A stretch of DNA of 63,200 nucleotides, counting the filler, from Circinaria calcarea (lineage: Eukaryota), in NCBI GenBank assembly GCA_051942165.1. It is 31 parts of 31 records of this genome, joined end to end, with 100 filler letters (N's around TTAATTAATTAA, not from the genome) between each part and the next. Parts side by side here need not be neighbours in the genome. Positions count along the whole stretch, not along the records: positions 34,818 to 36,756 come from JAVECS010004060.1; positions 36,857 to 38,794 come from JAVECS010004061.1; positions 38,895 to 40,832 come from JAVECS010004062.1; positions 40,933 to 42,869 come from JAVECS010004063.1; positions 42,970 to 44,905 come from JAVECS010004064.1; positions 45,006 to 46,940 come from JAVECS010004065.1; positions 47,041 to 48,975 come from JAVECS010004066.1; 24 more parts are not named here. One strand, 5' to 3'. Positions within the stretch are counted from its first letter, which is position 1. Every line of letters begins with the position of its first letter. Shown one piece after another: positions 34,820 to 47,962 of the stretch. The position numbers were made by a program, and so were the translations under genes. The notes under the pieces were generated by a model, which worked only from the letters and a program-made list of their open reading frames with translations, was not told the origin of the DNA and searched no databases.

Positions 34820-36106
34820 CAGATAAGAGGGCAATGCGCCAATGATATTCGGAAACGTGATGGCGAGATCAGCAAACTAAAAAGACACCTGGAAGGACGA
34901 AGAGGAAGAGACGGGACCGGGGGCCAAGTCGGTGTAGTTGTGGTAATGCCAAGAGTGAGCAGGAATGGAAAGGGGAGCACGATGGTGCATTCCGAAGCGG
35001 AGTTCGAAAGCCCGGATTACTCGCTGAAGCAGGACACGACAAATTACTTAACGGAACTCTGTCAGAACTTGAGTAACGAGAATGATGCGCTGGCCACCTT
35101 GGTAAGAAATAGTCTAGCGACCCTGCGGGACTTCCAAGGATTATCTCCCGACGTAGGGGATCATTCAGAAGAAACAACCAATCCGCACGAAGGAATCATA
35201 GAAGACCCCAACGTCACGCTCACCATCACCCCCTCCTACGAAAACCTAGCAGCAGACATGGCCCAAGTCCTCGAGCACCTCCGTGGCCTCCTCACAAGCC
35301 CCTCGTTCGCATCCATAGAAGAGGTCGAGATCCGTGACGAAGAGATCGTGCGCCTACGAGAAGGCTGGGACAAAATGGAAGCGCGGTGGAGGGAGGCGGT
35401 AACACTGATGGCCAGCGGGCACAAACGAGCAATGAAAACGGGGGATACGATCAATCTCGAGGATCTGCGAAAAGGCCTTACTCTCGAAGCCGATGTACCG
35501 GTTGAAAGTATTGAAGGCGTAAACAGTGCTTCTAATCTCGAAACCTCCAACGTTGATGATCGATGCGACTCCAAGACCATCATCCTACCCATGGAAAGGT
35601 CAACCACCTCGCCATCTCCTCCCATAACCGACCTCCCTATCCCTATCCTCAGGGAAAACCCCCTAGGCACCGGTCTCTTCCCTGCCCCCTCAGCCCTAAC
35701 GCTCACAACCGGCGACGCTCGACGCTTGCCCTTGGGCTCTCCGCGAAAGGTCTCCTTTCAATCCGCAGCCCATAATCCCGATAACGCCCCCGAATCGGAA
35801 TCGGAAACAGAACCGACAACAGAACCAGACCCATCCGACGAGGCCACCCCCTCCCCGCTTAAATTTGCGGATCTTTGTCTCTTCGGAGAGGAGAAACAAG
35901 GAAAAGCACGAGCGGGAAAGGAAGCGGGGGATGTGAGGGGTAGGGACGGAGTAGTCGAGGCTGGCGAGAGCGAGAGCGAGAACGAGAGTGAGGGGAAAAG
36001 CAATGATGAAGGGGCCGAGGGAAGTGGGAGGGGCATAGCGTACCACCCTACGCGAAGGCCTTATAGGCGGAACAGCACGCTCAGTCCCGATGAGCTGGTG
36101 AAGTGA
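34820..36106 (+). CDS. TinA/Msd1-like (afadin/alpha-actinin-binding family) coiled-coil protein, 5'-truncated
   Basis: QIRGQCANDIRKRDGEISKLKRHL, YSLKQDTTNYLTELCQNLSNEND and LLTSPSFASIEEVEIRDEEIVRLREGWDKMEARWREAV. Confidence 0.8.
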   Translation, partial: QIRGQCANDIRKRDGEISKLKRHLEGRRGRDGTGGQVGVVVVMPRVSRNGKGSTMVHSEAEFESPDYSLKQDTTNYLTELCQNLSNENDALATLVRNSLATLRDFQGLSPDVGDHSEETTNPHEGIIEDPNVTLTITPSYENLAADMAQVLEHLRGLLTSPSFASIEEVEIRDEEIVRLREGWDKMEARWREAVTLMASGHKRAMKTGDTINLEDLRKGLTLEADVPVESIEGVNSASNLETSNVDDRCDSKTIILPMERSTTSPSPPITDLPIPILRENPLGTGLFPAPSALTLTTGDARRLPLGSPRKVSFQSAAHNPDNAPESESETEPTTEPDPSDEATPSPLKFADLCLFGEEKQGKARAGKEAGDVRGRDGVVEAGESESENESEGKSNDEGAEGSGRGIAYHPTRRPYRRNSTLSPDELVK

Positions 36107-36856
36107 TAGGTCGATGAGGGAGCAGCATTGGGATGGGGATTAGGGGGTTGAAAGCTCACGTCGTTGAATCAACAGGAGTAGAGCTACCATAGCTTTCTTT
36201 TTCCTTTTGCTAAATCCATAAAATTCTTAAACATGAGTTTTTCGAAATAACCCTACGCGAGCAAAAAGGAACTAAGGACCAAGGGGGCTTCCCGGTCAAG
36301 GTTGCGCAGCGCAGTTTCCGTGATTGGTACTCATTGTTCGCAGTGATAAGGTGATTCTCGTGTGATAGTTTCTTCGGGACCGGCAGACCGGTGGGAGAGC
36401 CCTAGCCCTAGCTCTGGAGTGGAAGAGGGCGGGCGGGATATATTGTAAGTGGCGTTCATTTTTTTCGTCAGAGTGGATAGAGGAACTGTGTAAAGAGGGA
36501 GGGGAAGAGGGGAAGAGAAGCAGTTCTAGTCCTACCTGTACCCTGATTTGCATGGGTACCTATGCATGGAATTAGTGCTTATGCATGGAATTAGTGCTTA
36601 GATCGATGCTCTTTGGGCTTCACAATCGCTTATTCTTCTTTCTTCAAACCCATCCTACCCCCCACGCTCTCCGGCTTCCTCCGCCAACTCCCTCTCCCTC
36701 TTTTCTAACGCCGCAAAAGCCTCCTCCCACCTTTCCCACTCCCCATCCAGCAACCCNNNNNNNNNNNNNNNNNNNNNNNNNNNNNNNNNNNNNNNNNNNN
36801 TTAATTAATTAANNNNNNNNNNNNNNNNNNNNNNNNNNNNNNNNNNNNNNNNNNNN

Positions 36857-37860
36857 AGAGGAAACTGTTGGATTCGAAGACGAAGGAGAAATTGAAGATG
36901 AGCTCGGACTGGTAGGATTCGAAGAAGGAGAAGACGGAGAGAGGACGGAAGTAGGCAGTGATCGAGAGCTTACAGGTGGAACAATCGACGCAAGGGGAGA
37001 ATTAGCTGGTGATGCGGCAATCGAAGTCTCCGTCGACGTTATGCCCGTCGTCGAAATGATTATAGGTTGGGGTGTGAATAAAAATGACCCAGTTGTTGTC
37101 GTCGTTGCTGTAATGTTTGCAATAGGGACAAAAGTCTCCTGCACTGGATTTTGTCCGGCAGCACTGCATGTAGGATAATCCACCCGGTTGATGAATTGTT
37201 GTAGTGCACTGGAGGCAAAACCTGCTTGAGCAGTCCCCGAAGGTACGGGAACGGATAAAGCGGGGAAGATTGTTTGCCGGAGGCCCATGGTGACTACACA
37301 CGCGCCATCCACTAAGACTGTCGAGGTGACCGAGAATGCTGTGAACACATTGTAGGCGGTGGGCGATGTACTGATAAAAGGTTAATTCTTTCTTGACGCG
37401 GGCCATGAATAAACGTACAGAGTAACCCCGGAGTAAGTAACGACAGTGGATTCGAAGCCAATGGTCAGTGGCACAATGGGAGTAGCTGTGCCAAGCAAGC
37501 CGGTGGGACCGAAAGTAAATGGGGTTATGTTTTGGACGTATGAGGTGAATGTTACTCTGGAGCCATTTCTTCCGGTAGCTATCGACACGATACTTGTGCC
37601 GACTGTCTGATTGATGACTTGGCTACCAAACACCACTCCTGCCACATCCGCGACGACATAACACCCGCCGCATTGTGTCGACTGCCCTCCGCCTCCAAGC
37701 CCGGTGATGGCGGGAAGCGCAGATGCCAGTCCGGAATCTGCATAAAGTCAGCCTTGTACCGCGTAAAGTAATGCCTGCATAACTCCGCCGTACTCTGTGG
37801 AAGGGCGGCGCTTAGCTGCGCAAAGATCCAAGTAACGAGCGTGAACCACAAAGAAATCAT
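36857..37860 (-). CDS. Secreted/cell-surface Ser/Thr/Pro-rich protein, three exons, 3'-truncated
   Basis: Signal-peptide-like MISLWFTLVTWIFAQLSAALPQ, two GT-AG introns, CGGCYVVADVAG and LTSPTAYNVFT motifs, and an S/P-rich tail. Confidence 0.7.
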
Positions 37861-39878
37861 GTTGATATACAGCTGCTGTCTCAGTCGCAAAACAATGGGA
37901 CGTTCACAAACGGACACGCAACGGGGATACAGGGTGCTTATGTATGAGGTCGTAGGAGGTTGGCCCGGCGGATATGCCCAAAGAGAAGCATGATCATCCA
38001 GGTACTTTGCATCCTCCAGCTCGGAATTACATCGTACTACCTACGGAGGGTCGCTCGCGGATAGGCCATGTCACTAGAGGAGGCTGAAGGGCTTCCCCTC
38101 CTTTGGCCGCCATCACGTAACTATCGGTCCGCTTGCGAAGGCGCACGCTATCGAGGATGGGAAGGGGGAACTTTCTCTTCTAGCCTTGGTTAGCACGTAG
38201 CCCCCGCTGTCATTAATATTGGTGAGCGGGGTCATTCAGCTCCCGGAGCTGGCTGCTGAGCAAGGGCAAGCTCAGCTACATATGTTGTGCCTGGAAACGC
38301 GGCCTCGATAGTGGATGGAATCCACAGATCCTGACGGATTATGCACCGTCCGCATGCATTTCAATAGTTCCAACGGCGGTGGGTGCATGGGAGAATATCG
38401 CTCACTTACCTACCTAAGGCTGGTTCTAAGCATGTACACAGCAGGTAGGTACCTACTTGCGATGGAATGGCGTTAAAGGGCTGTCTCGTCCGTCAGGTTC
38501 TTCTTCAGCGATGCACCTCTCGGCGGAGGTGCGCAGAAGCATTGCCGGCGCGTTCCACCGACAGTAGCGGTAAGAGCTCCATCATCCATTGTGGTGGGGG
38601 GGGCGCCGCGTTGGATATCAGTGGATAGGCTTCGCAGTTGGTAGCCTGATGCCAGCACGATTAGGAAGCACAGGTGCCCCGCACTTGCCTTGCATTTGGG
38701 CACTGCTTTTGCTTTTAGCCATCTCTGGGAAGACGGTCAGACAGAGAGGCTGACGGTTCAACGTGAGATTGCGGCAAAGCACATCGAGACCGCTNNNNNN
38801 NNNNNNNNNNNNNNNNNNNNNNNNNNNNNNNNNNNNNNTTAATTAATTAANNNNNNNNNNNNNNNNNNNNNNNNNNNNNNNNNNNNNNNNNNNNCCCCCT
38901 CTCTTTCCCCACTTCATGACCCGGAAATCATCTCCCCCTTTTCCCCGTTCCAGAGCTCTTCTACTATTGCCTAATTGATACCACTCGAACAAGGAACGGC
39001 ATAGGAATTGGGGACGGCCCCCCCGTCTCGCGTTCTCCGCTATCAAGACCTTCCAACCTTTTTCTCCCGGTTTTTGCTTGGCTTCGAACAGCTTGTGCCT
39101 GTTGCCCCCTTTTTTTGCAATTTTTCCCTCTATTTTTTCGATTCTTCCCCTTTTTTCGATTCTCCCCACGGTCATCTCTCCCGGCCGGGAGAGAGGAGTG
39201 CAGGACGGTTCTTTCCTTGGATTCCTCATCTCCATCCTATTTCCCCAACCTAGAAGACGTATCTGTCCCGTCCCCCTTCCCTACCTTTCTGTTAGGCCGT
39301 AGAGTACTTTACTTGAAAAGTATCTAAGGCTAAGGTATGTGGTAACGTGAGGCACGAGCAGGACGATGGCTATACGCAGTATATGCGAGAACTAATCATT
39401 ACAGAAAAGAAATGTGCGAGTGAAGGGTTTTCACTATACGCCAAGACGCCAACTAAACGAGATATCGCCCCCCTCCCTCAGCGTAGAGCCTGACACTTTC
39501 TTATCATCCTTGCTTTCTTTCTGATATCAGAGGTTGTGCTGTGTCTTTTCCATATTTCATTCTGCACGAACCTGCACCGTTATCCCATAAAGGAGGAATC
39601 AGGTTATATACCCTTTTTTGACCCTCTTACCCTAGTAAGCCAATCTTCCGTTTCCCCATCGTTTTCACTGAACCTGCAATACATCAAATCCAATCACTGC
39701 CTCACGCTGTTCCCCAACTTGCCCCAATATAGCAGAATTTGTCTGCGGCTACCGGTAGATTGGATTCCTCCCGATTTGGTTTGAAAATAGCTTCGTTGTG
39801 TCTCGCAAGCCGAATTGTGCAGCGTATCATAGTCAAAACCAGAAGCTCCTCTAAGGCAAAACAGAGTGGTCATGGCAC

Positions 39879-40832
39879 TTAGAGTTGTATAGCTGACAGA
39901 CAGCAATCTAACTCTTGGATAACTTCGTAGAAGATTACATCATTGACTTTAGATTTCCCGTGGCCGTATAGGATTCCAGTCTCGAAACTATGGCGAAAGC
40001 AACTTCGAACCAATTTTGCATATCTTGAGCCTAAACTTCCTGAGACGTTTTCAGTCAACCGCATAATTGTCAAGAAGTCTCTTTCTTCGCTATTTAAACC
40101 CTTCATAATGTCTTCGTGTAGATGCAGATCCCGCCACGAAGATGAAAAGGCAAGCTCTAGGAGAAATACGCCCAACCAGAATAAATCATGGTTAGAGACT
40201 CCGGATATTTCCGCATCAGGTAAAGGATCTTGAATGGCATTGTTGAGCAGCGATGTCTGGAAAAAGGGCTGCTTTTTGAGAGTATCCTCGACATTAAGTC
40301 CATCAGATTTATAGAAGCAAACGTTCTTGATACCCCATTCCTGCGATAGCCATGAAGTACTATGTAAGTAGAGTATGCCCGTTGCTACCATCCTAGCCAT
40401 TAGGAGTTTCTCTTCAACTTGAATACCGAGTTTTAAGTCTCCTGCCTTTGTGAAAGCATCGTTCAGATAATATGAGCAACTCTTTGGCCGGTTGCGCTTT
40501 GGAATGAAAAATAGAAAGAAATGCGTAAAAGTTCCCCCTGCACTCAGATATCCAAGAAAGGAAGCGTTTTCTTCAGGTGATGCGCTGTAGGCGTTAGACG
40601 ATTTTTGGAAGTAAAGGCATAAATCCTGCTTCAAACTTAAGTCGTAGGATATGTCCTGCACATCACTCCATGCTCGAGTCGGCTGAACAATAAGCTGAAA
40701 GGGCTCTTCATCTGAGGCCGTAGTTACGACTATGTTGAATTCGAGTTCGCTATCAGGAGTCAACTGACTTCCAGGATCGCCAAGATCCAGACGTATACTG
40801 GTAGAGTGTGTAGAGTGATTATGACACGACCA
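39879..40832 (-). CDS. Fungal kinase-like C-terminal domain protein (DUF7580-type), 5'-truncated
   Basis: CHNHSTH, QDLCLYF, LGYL, ARMVATGILYLHSTSWLSQEW, LFWLGVFLLELAF and LGSRYAKLVRSCF. Confidence 0.7.
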   Translation of the reverse strand, partial: WSCHNHSTHSTSIRLDLGDPGSQLTPDSELEFNIVVTTASDEEPFQLIVQPTRAWSDVQDISYDLSLKQDLCLYFQKSSNAYSASPEENASFLGYLSAGGTFTHFFLFFIPKRNRPKSCSYYLNDAFTKAGDLKLGIQVEEKLLMARMVATGILYLHSTSWLSQEWGIKNVCFYKSDGLNVEDTLKKQPFFQTSLLNNAIQDPLPDAEISGVSNHDLFWLGVFLLELAFSSSWRDLHLHEDIMKGLNSEERDFLTIMRLTENVSGSLGSRYAKLVRSCFRHSFETGILYGHGKSKVNDVIFYEVIQELDCCLSAIQL

Positions 40833-40932
40833 NNNNNNNNNNNNNNNNNNNNNNNNNNNNNNNNNNNNNNNNNNNNTTAATTAATTAANNNNNNNNNNNN
40901 NNNNNNNNNNNNNNNNNNNNNNNNNNNNNNNN

Positions 40933-41710
40933 GCCCATTTGTACTGGATGATCCAGTTCAGAAAGGGAAAGTAATAAGCCAGGTACCTACAAAACGAAAA
41001 CAACCACGAATCAGTACCATGCACTTTCAATCTAGAAAAACAGTTCTAGGTAGAACATTGAGCATTAGATCTACATACATTGCCCTAGGGTTCTTGACCC
41101 CGTGCGTCTTAGCCAACCACTGTGTTGTACTCATCGGCCTTCCGCCGCCCTTTCCAGCCCCGAACATGCCAGTGATGACTCTGTCTCCAAGCCCTCCATA
41201 CGAACGGTTGCTGCTTTCTCCCACCCTGTCCCCGATACTCCCGTTATAGCTCCCGCCGAAACTGTATTCGCTCCGGCGAATGCCCGGTCGTGGAGAGAAT
41301 GTGCCGTGTTTATAACTCTTGGCACCACCTCCGGGAACTCGGTTGTATGTTTCCAGCAACTTGGTATGAGCGTCTATGTCAAGGTCAGATGGCTCGTGGA
41401 TACCGCTCTGAATTTCGGTCTCTGCCGAGTCCATAGTCGAGGAGGCATACGAAGTCACCGTAGGATGAGCCCCATCCTCGTCGATATCGACGGTATGCGC
41501 CCGGGGCGAGTGGGTGGTCTGTTCAGTCGAGCTGGGTGGACTATTGATTCGGCGGTCCTCTGGCGAAGTACCAGGCTCATGGGACTGCCATAGACGACTA
41601 GGGGTCAAGGGTGCATGGTTACCACCGTCTCTTTGTAACGAGGATGTCCGAGGTGAGATTCGACGGGGTTTTTGAGGTTCTGTACGCGCTGAAGGTTTCG
41701 CGGACGACAT
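40933..41710 (-). CDS. SulP/SLC26 anion transporter (YPR003C-like), N-terminal part
   Basis: MSTTQWLAKTHGVKNPRAM|YLAYYFPFLNWIIQYKW across intron 40987-41078. Confidence 0.8.
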
Positions 41711-42365
41711 TTGGTAGACCTTTGAATGGGCATCGGATTTGCCAATTCGGAATTATCAGATGTAACGGTTTGACAACTGTACAGAGTACTTGTGTTTTTA
41801 TTTTTCTCACAGTTACCGATAGCTATCGCCGTAGCCGTCTTATATTATAATCGCCTTGTAATCGGAGAGGCACATGCGTCTAGATAAGGGATATCGGATA
41901 TGACAGGTCCACGAGATCAGACACTGTTCACGTGTAAAAAGATATCATTTCTCGATTATTGCTGATTCATTACTACGGCGGAACTGCCTTCATGCAACTG
42001 CTACACGTTCCGACTTCGCTTCGAATGGTGATAGTCAGTTGTCTGCTACAGAAAGCAAGAGCTATGAACACGTTTTTCGATTAAACTAGGATACAAGCTT
42101 AGGGAAAGGGATACAGTAGTAGTATGCTATTACCACGGTGCCTAATTGCGGGAAGGAGTATTGAAATCCCAAGGGAAAATATCTTTATCGTCGCGCTTTT
42201 CGATTCTGTTCCACCACTTTCTCACGATCACACCTAGGCTACTGCCTCCGATAACAATCCGCCTCATATCTCAGAACAGTCCCAGTACTGTTCGTCCTAG
42301 ATATTGTCGGTGCCAAGCGGGATTTGGACCACGCTTCCTTTGCCAGCCAAAAGATATGATGCCGT

Positions 42366-42869
42366 CTATTGTGCTTTCTTCATCCCAGGTTGTTGACCAC
42401 CAATATACCTGTTGATATCGGTGGCATCTGCAGCCTGTCTGGTGAGGTTTTTGAGGGTCTGCCAGATTTGTCTAGCGACCGGTGGAGTGCTTTGATTAGC
42501 AACCAAAGCATCTCCCCTCGCGGTAGCCTGGCTGATTGCTCCCTGGACGAAACTGCTCTGGCTGTACCGGGCACGGAAGAAGATGGTGTAGATGACCAAC
42601 AAGATCCAGCTACCCTTGGTGAATATGATTGCGGAAAAGAGGACACGAAACCAGAGGAGAATCTCAAGGCCGGCGACCAGGGTCATTGAGGCATCGTAGT
42701 ATTCCTTGACGAATCTGCCAATTCTGTCACCCATGGGAGATGACTTGGTTGGTGGGCGGCCACCGGGGGATGCGCCTTGCGAGGCTGAGGCCTGAGGGGG
42801 CTGAAGAGTGGGGATCAGATTTGCGCGAGTGTAGGTGGCAACATGGAATATGGAGTAGACCGCGAAAGG
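42366..42869 (-). CDS. POM33: TMEM33/Pom33 family membrane protein, C-terminal part
   Basis: PFAVYSIFHVATYTRANLIP...IGRFVKEYYDASMTLVAGLE...FFRARYSQSSFVQ. Confidence 0.9.
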   Translation of the reverse strand, partial: PFAVYSIFHVATYTRANLIPTLQPPQASASQGASPGGRPPTKSSPMGDRIGRFVKEYYDASMTLVAGLEILLWFRVLFSAIIFTKGSWILLVIYTIFFRARYSQSSFVQGAISQATARGDALVANQSTPPVARQIWQTLKNLTRQAADATDINRYIGGQQPGMKKAQ

Positions 42870-45599
42870 NNNNNNNNNNNNNNNNNNNNNNNNNNNNNNN
42901 NNNNNNNNNNNNNTTAATTAATTAANNNNNNNNNNNNNNNNNNNNNNNNNNNNNNNNNNNNNNNNNNNNGAGTGGGGTGATCACTAGCGAATACGGGGAA
43001 TATAGTACCAAAAGCTGTTTGTATTGGTTTTTTTTGGGGGTTTTTTTTTCGGTTGGGGGGTTTTTTTGGGCTGTCTGACTGACTGACTGATTCATTTTTT
43101 ATTTTACTTACATGATTATCTATAAGGTAGATGGAATCTCTTTAGTGTTCTAATGGAATTTTTATAATTGTATAAACTGAGGATACTTCTTTTTTTTTTT
43201 ATCCGGAATCTTCCAACCTACAACTCTTTTCACTCCACACACACTCATATTTGCCTTGCAGATCGCAGGCAATGAAATGCCACTTCTTTCCCATCCCTAC
43301 CCTCCTTTCTGCTTTTTCTCCCCGGACCCCTCGCCGCCTTGGTCGACACATCCCCGTCCTCGCCTCGCTTCCTCCGTCCTCCCCTCCCCTCTTCTCCTTG
43401 GTCGGTAACCCTCGTCCCCGTCCTCGCCTCCTCATCACTCAGCAGCCACTCCATCGCCCTCTCCAAATCTCCCGTCCACGCTGAAAACCGGGGCTCGTAG
43501 CCCGAGGCTAAGCCCCCCTCTTCCCCCCCTAGCTTTTTCCACGCTAAAATACCGCGTTCTAAGCCGATTTGTTCAACAATCTTTCGCGTTAGGGTTCAGC
43601 TGTCGCTTGCCCCAGGAAAACGATCCGGAAGATCCGGTCCACCCGATGACCGAGGGCGATGACGAGGCTCGATGTCCCGCTTGGACTCACCCAGACACAC
43701 TTTCTGCGGCCCAGATGGCGCACACGAAGTCCTAGAAGTAGAGCGTTCAGTTGCTTAAGGACCATGTCATTGCATTAGGCAGTATGCTATCTTTTCAACG
43801 AGAGGGAAGCGCTAGATTAAGCCAATGCCTAGACTACCAGTCCATTCCAGCTGCCCTGACTGTGAACTATTAATGCACAGCTATTAGTGCGGACTGCCGG
43901 GCTACTGGCCGTCCTTATGGTGATAGAATACTTCATGCTGCAGAACGGGCCAACGGCATACAAGAACCGTTTCGACGACAATGGAGTTCTGAAGAGATAT
44001 CTCACCGAGTATCAGAATCAAAGAGAGCCGTTGTACCCGACGACAGACGCCAAGGTACCAGTCTCACTCCACTTTCCGTGCCATCAAACACCAATGATGA
44101 CTATTAGAAGGCGACGGCCAAAGGCAAGAAAAGTAGAGATGAACTTCGAGGTCCGATACGCCTAACATCACGCTGAGTAATACCGTATGTTTTATATCAT
44201 CGATATAGAAGCTTGAGTGAGAACTTTAGGGAGACACATGGAAGGCAGCATACCATGCCAATCGCAACCGCCCCCAAAAAAAGCTTCTTGACATGTTTCG
44301 AAGACAAGTTGTTGGTGGGTCGGCTCAAGTGGTCGAAGAAGACCAAGGATGTGACGCATCAGGAGATGGTCAATTTCCATCTGAAGAGGATGAAAGAGGC
44401 TGTTAAGGCTGCTACATGGGACTTCAAAGCAAACTTTCTGCGGGGAAAGAACATAGCACCGGCTGTTGCAAGCCACTGGGATGAAATCATCCGCGAGGAT
44501 ATTCATAGGTTTAGCATAACATCATATTGCATACCAGGCAGCCCTATACTTTTACGATAATCATGATAACTCGGCACGACGGACGATATGCTGTTTGTTA
44601 ATCATGTAGCATTGGTGGTGGTAGTTCTATTTCTTGGTTTCACATCGCCAGGCCCGAAGCTCATTGGTAAAAGCTGTTGAAAGCTGTCAGTTGCGATATT
44701 ATTGAATGGATCTCCAGCAGCAGCAGCAGCAGCAGCAGATTTAAAGTATCAAGGGGTTTGATATAAGATAGTGAGACCATACCTCTCCAAGTGTCCTCAC
44801 AACGTAGTCCCCATTTTCACCATACATAAAGATAGGTATGGACATTGAGCAGAATTCACGGATACTGCAGTACGGATGTTAGAATCTAACCAGTTGCGTG
44901 ACTTGNNNNNNNNNNNNNNNNNNNNNNNNNNNNNNNNNNNNNNNNNNNNTTAATTAATTAANNNNNNNNNNNNNNNNNNNNNNNNNNNNNNNNNNNNNNN
45001 NNNNNCTCCCTCGATCTCTCCTATTTCGAAAATAATGGAGGTGAAATAGGCTTAGGCTCGGCTTGATATAGTAACTAACTAGTCTATCGGTATTGACTTG
45101 ACTATTGGAATAATATAGCGGGAAGGCTCTGCTATATGTTTGTGTGTGTGTGTGTGTGTGTGTGCCTCGGTGGTTAGTTTAACCCGCACTGAATATCAGT
45201 TCCTTACGCAGTGTAGGAGTAGAACCCCTTATTCTTGATACCCAATCCTGTCCACTCTACCGAGTATCCCCTCTTTTTCCCCCAGCTTCCTTTTTGCCCT
45301 TACCCTACCATCCAGAGGTTCAGGAATTAAATCCTCGGTCCTTCATACTAGAAGACCAAGCTGCATCGTCATGAATGATTCGTCTGCCCCGTAGCGTAGT
45401 TCATCCCAGGCCCTTTCTGATATCTAACAAGCGCCAACGCTCTCATCTCATCTCGTCTTTGAATCCTCGAGCAGAACCTTTTTCCGAGCTGATCGATATC
45501 GGACAATCAGTTATTTCAACGGTAGTAGCCCCCCAAGGAAGATCGCCCAGCTGGAGGTGGAATCCACTATCTTCGCAGAAGATTTCTGTGTTATCTAAC

Positions 45600-46530
45600 A
45601 GTAATGCTTTGTAATACCACTGGCCCTATATTCCCCCTTCCAAACCGAAATGGTGTTCGTCGGGTTCAAGAGAGCTGGGAAGATCCAGCTTTTGCCAGCT
45701 GGGCAGCACGGAGATTCTTCAGCGGGTTCTGGTATCGTGGTGTTTTCCTCGTAATGAGCAAGAATGACCCAAACTGCCGATTCTTTTCCTTGCAACTATC
45801 TCTGGGCGTCTTGAACGAGGTCCTCGTAATTCTCCGAAAATCTAATCTCGATAACACATTTAAGACGGCGTTTGCCATCTGCATCTCGGAATTTAATAGA
45901 TAAGTCGGCAGCCTGCTGTGTGTGTGACCTGGCGTAATTCCCGCCGAAACTACGCATATCCTCGCTGCCGGCCACGTGGATTCTGGATTCGAGGGAGGTT
46001 GGGAGATCGGCAAGAGATTTGTGGAATTCCTGGGGGAAGATCGGGGGAATGAGCTCGTGAAGGGGGGATGGGGTACGCATTGAATGGTCATTGTGAACGT
46101 GAGCGAATCGAACGAATACCGGAGATATCTAAAATTACAAACATGAAATAAAAGAAAAGAAAATTCGTATCTCCCCAATCTAAACACCAAACTGAATAGA
46201 GATCTCTTGACATACCGTTGTGGAAACTTGTCATATATATACCTTTATGAAAACTTATCCCCTCGAGAAATCTCTGCCGGATAGAGTCAAAGCCACCGGC
46301 CTCTCCGGGCACTCTTAATTCACTCTCTTCACCATTGCAAACTTTATCTTCATAGGCCTCCCAGGCACCGTCGCATGTTAGAGGTAGCCTCAACGGCTTC
46401 ACCGGATCCTCCTCAGGCGGGCGTGACCTTTCTGGCAGTGGGTAGTTGGCGAGTGGACTTGGGTGAGTGTGGTGGAGGGGCGCTCTGGAAAGTTACTCGG
46501 CGAAGGTATCTATAACAGAATCATCGCGGC
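45600..46530 (-). pseudogene. Degenerate PD-(D/E)XK / Uma2-like fungal gene; boundaries approximate
   Basis: IQC.PSPLHE, ADLSIKF, CVIEIRFSENYEDLVQDAQR*LQG and EE/TPRYQNP lie in shifting frames. TAG at 45798-45796 falls where the family motif DAxxWL has Trp. Confidence 0.6.
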
Positions 46531-47962
46531 TTGAGGGGGATCAGAGCGGAATGAGACCTCCATGTTGAGATTTTGCTACGTACGTACGGAATAGATAAGT
46601 TGCTATGCACGTACGGAGAGGAGATTTGTTCGGACAAAAGCAGCAATTACATACAGTATCTCGGGGTTTGGGTCCCCACTTTTTTCTTTTTTTTCGGTCA
46701 CCCAACGTGCCGGTGTATTTCTTTCTATAATTCTTATACACGCTACATCAGCCCTTACGGTAGCCTGAAGCTAAAGCTACAGCTGAAAATGATACCTCCA
46801 GTATCTACTCTAACCGTGGGCAGTTTGCCCGGGCGAATCCCTCTAACTCCCCCCCAATTCGATCATCTGATCTCTTCAATCTATCCTAATTCAAAGTCCC
46901 AGAAATTTCCTATAGTTGTACCTTGTACAATACCCATAGCNNNNNNNNNNNNNNNNNNNNNNNNNNNNNNNNNNNNNNNNNNNNTTAATTAATTAANNNN
47001 NNNNNNNNNNNNNNNNNNNNNNNNNNNNNNNNNNNNNNNNGACATTTTCTGGGGTCGTGAGATCGGTAGGTCGTACAGAAATTGACTGGAGTTTTCACAA
47101 ACAGCCGCACTGGCGTTTCTGGTTTTGGTGGCTTGCTCTGCCAGATCAGTTGGGCTTTGCCAGTCAAACGCTAAAGATGAAGGCCGGAAGAATTGCACAG
47201 CTACGACCACAAAGAGAACTGCAAAGGATAAGAGCTTCGCAGTGGTGAAATTCGACTTCCTACAAATACCCGAGGACAGTGTGAATGAGGTACGAGGACA
47301 GGATATTGGAACGGGAGAAGTAGCCTCGACGGAAGGAGGAACTTGTGTTACGAAGCCCGCCAATGCTGCGATCTATAGAATGGAACAAGCTAGCGGTGGC
47401 AGGCGGGATTAAAGCATAAGATACAAGCCCCGGAACTCGTTCGAATAGCGCCAACTCTTGTAGAAGGTAAAAAGTCGGTGCACTATAATACACCAATGGA
47501 GAGGCTTCCCAATCGAAGATCTATCTTCCGGACCACGCGGGGTCTGTACCATGAATGCGGGGTGAGCTTGGCAAAAGCTGACGTTTGTGGCTCCCCCAGT
47601 AAGTACCAGTGCGGACATACCGCCGTAATCATCGACACAAGTCCAGCGTTCGTGCGTATCAAAACCAAGTGATGAGAAAGTATGATTTATGTCTTTACGT
47701 GGGCTAACGCATTGGCATGTCTCCCCTGTCGCTTAGGAATATCAACTTGCGTGTCTACCACGGGTTTTCTCGCCTCCTAATAAAATACTGTTGAGAAACC
47801 ATTCTGTTTTACGGTGTAGTAATAAGAGAAAGCGAGTACTGATCGGGTGTGATAGTCGGCGCCAGCCTAGGCTATTTTAGCCGAGGGGTCTCACCAATTG
47901 CCAAGAACTCAAATTTAACTTTGTTCGCGTCTGGCAGTCCGATAACTGCACAACCTCTCAAG

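Noticed and set aside
36561..36600. 19-bp tandem duplication, plus (CAG)8 near 44715 and (TG)12 near 45141
   Set aside because: Ordinary slippage repeats with no further structure.
43640..44560. Degenerate coding-like region with a possible frameshifted DCG motif (Ulp1-like peptidase remnant)
   Set aside because: The motif needs an assumed frameshift and no other catalytic residues were found.
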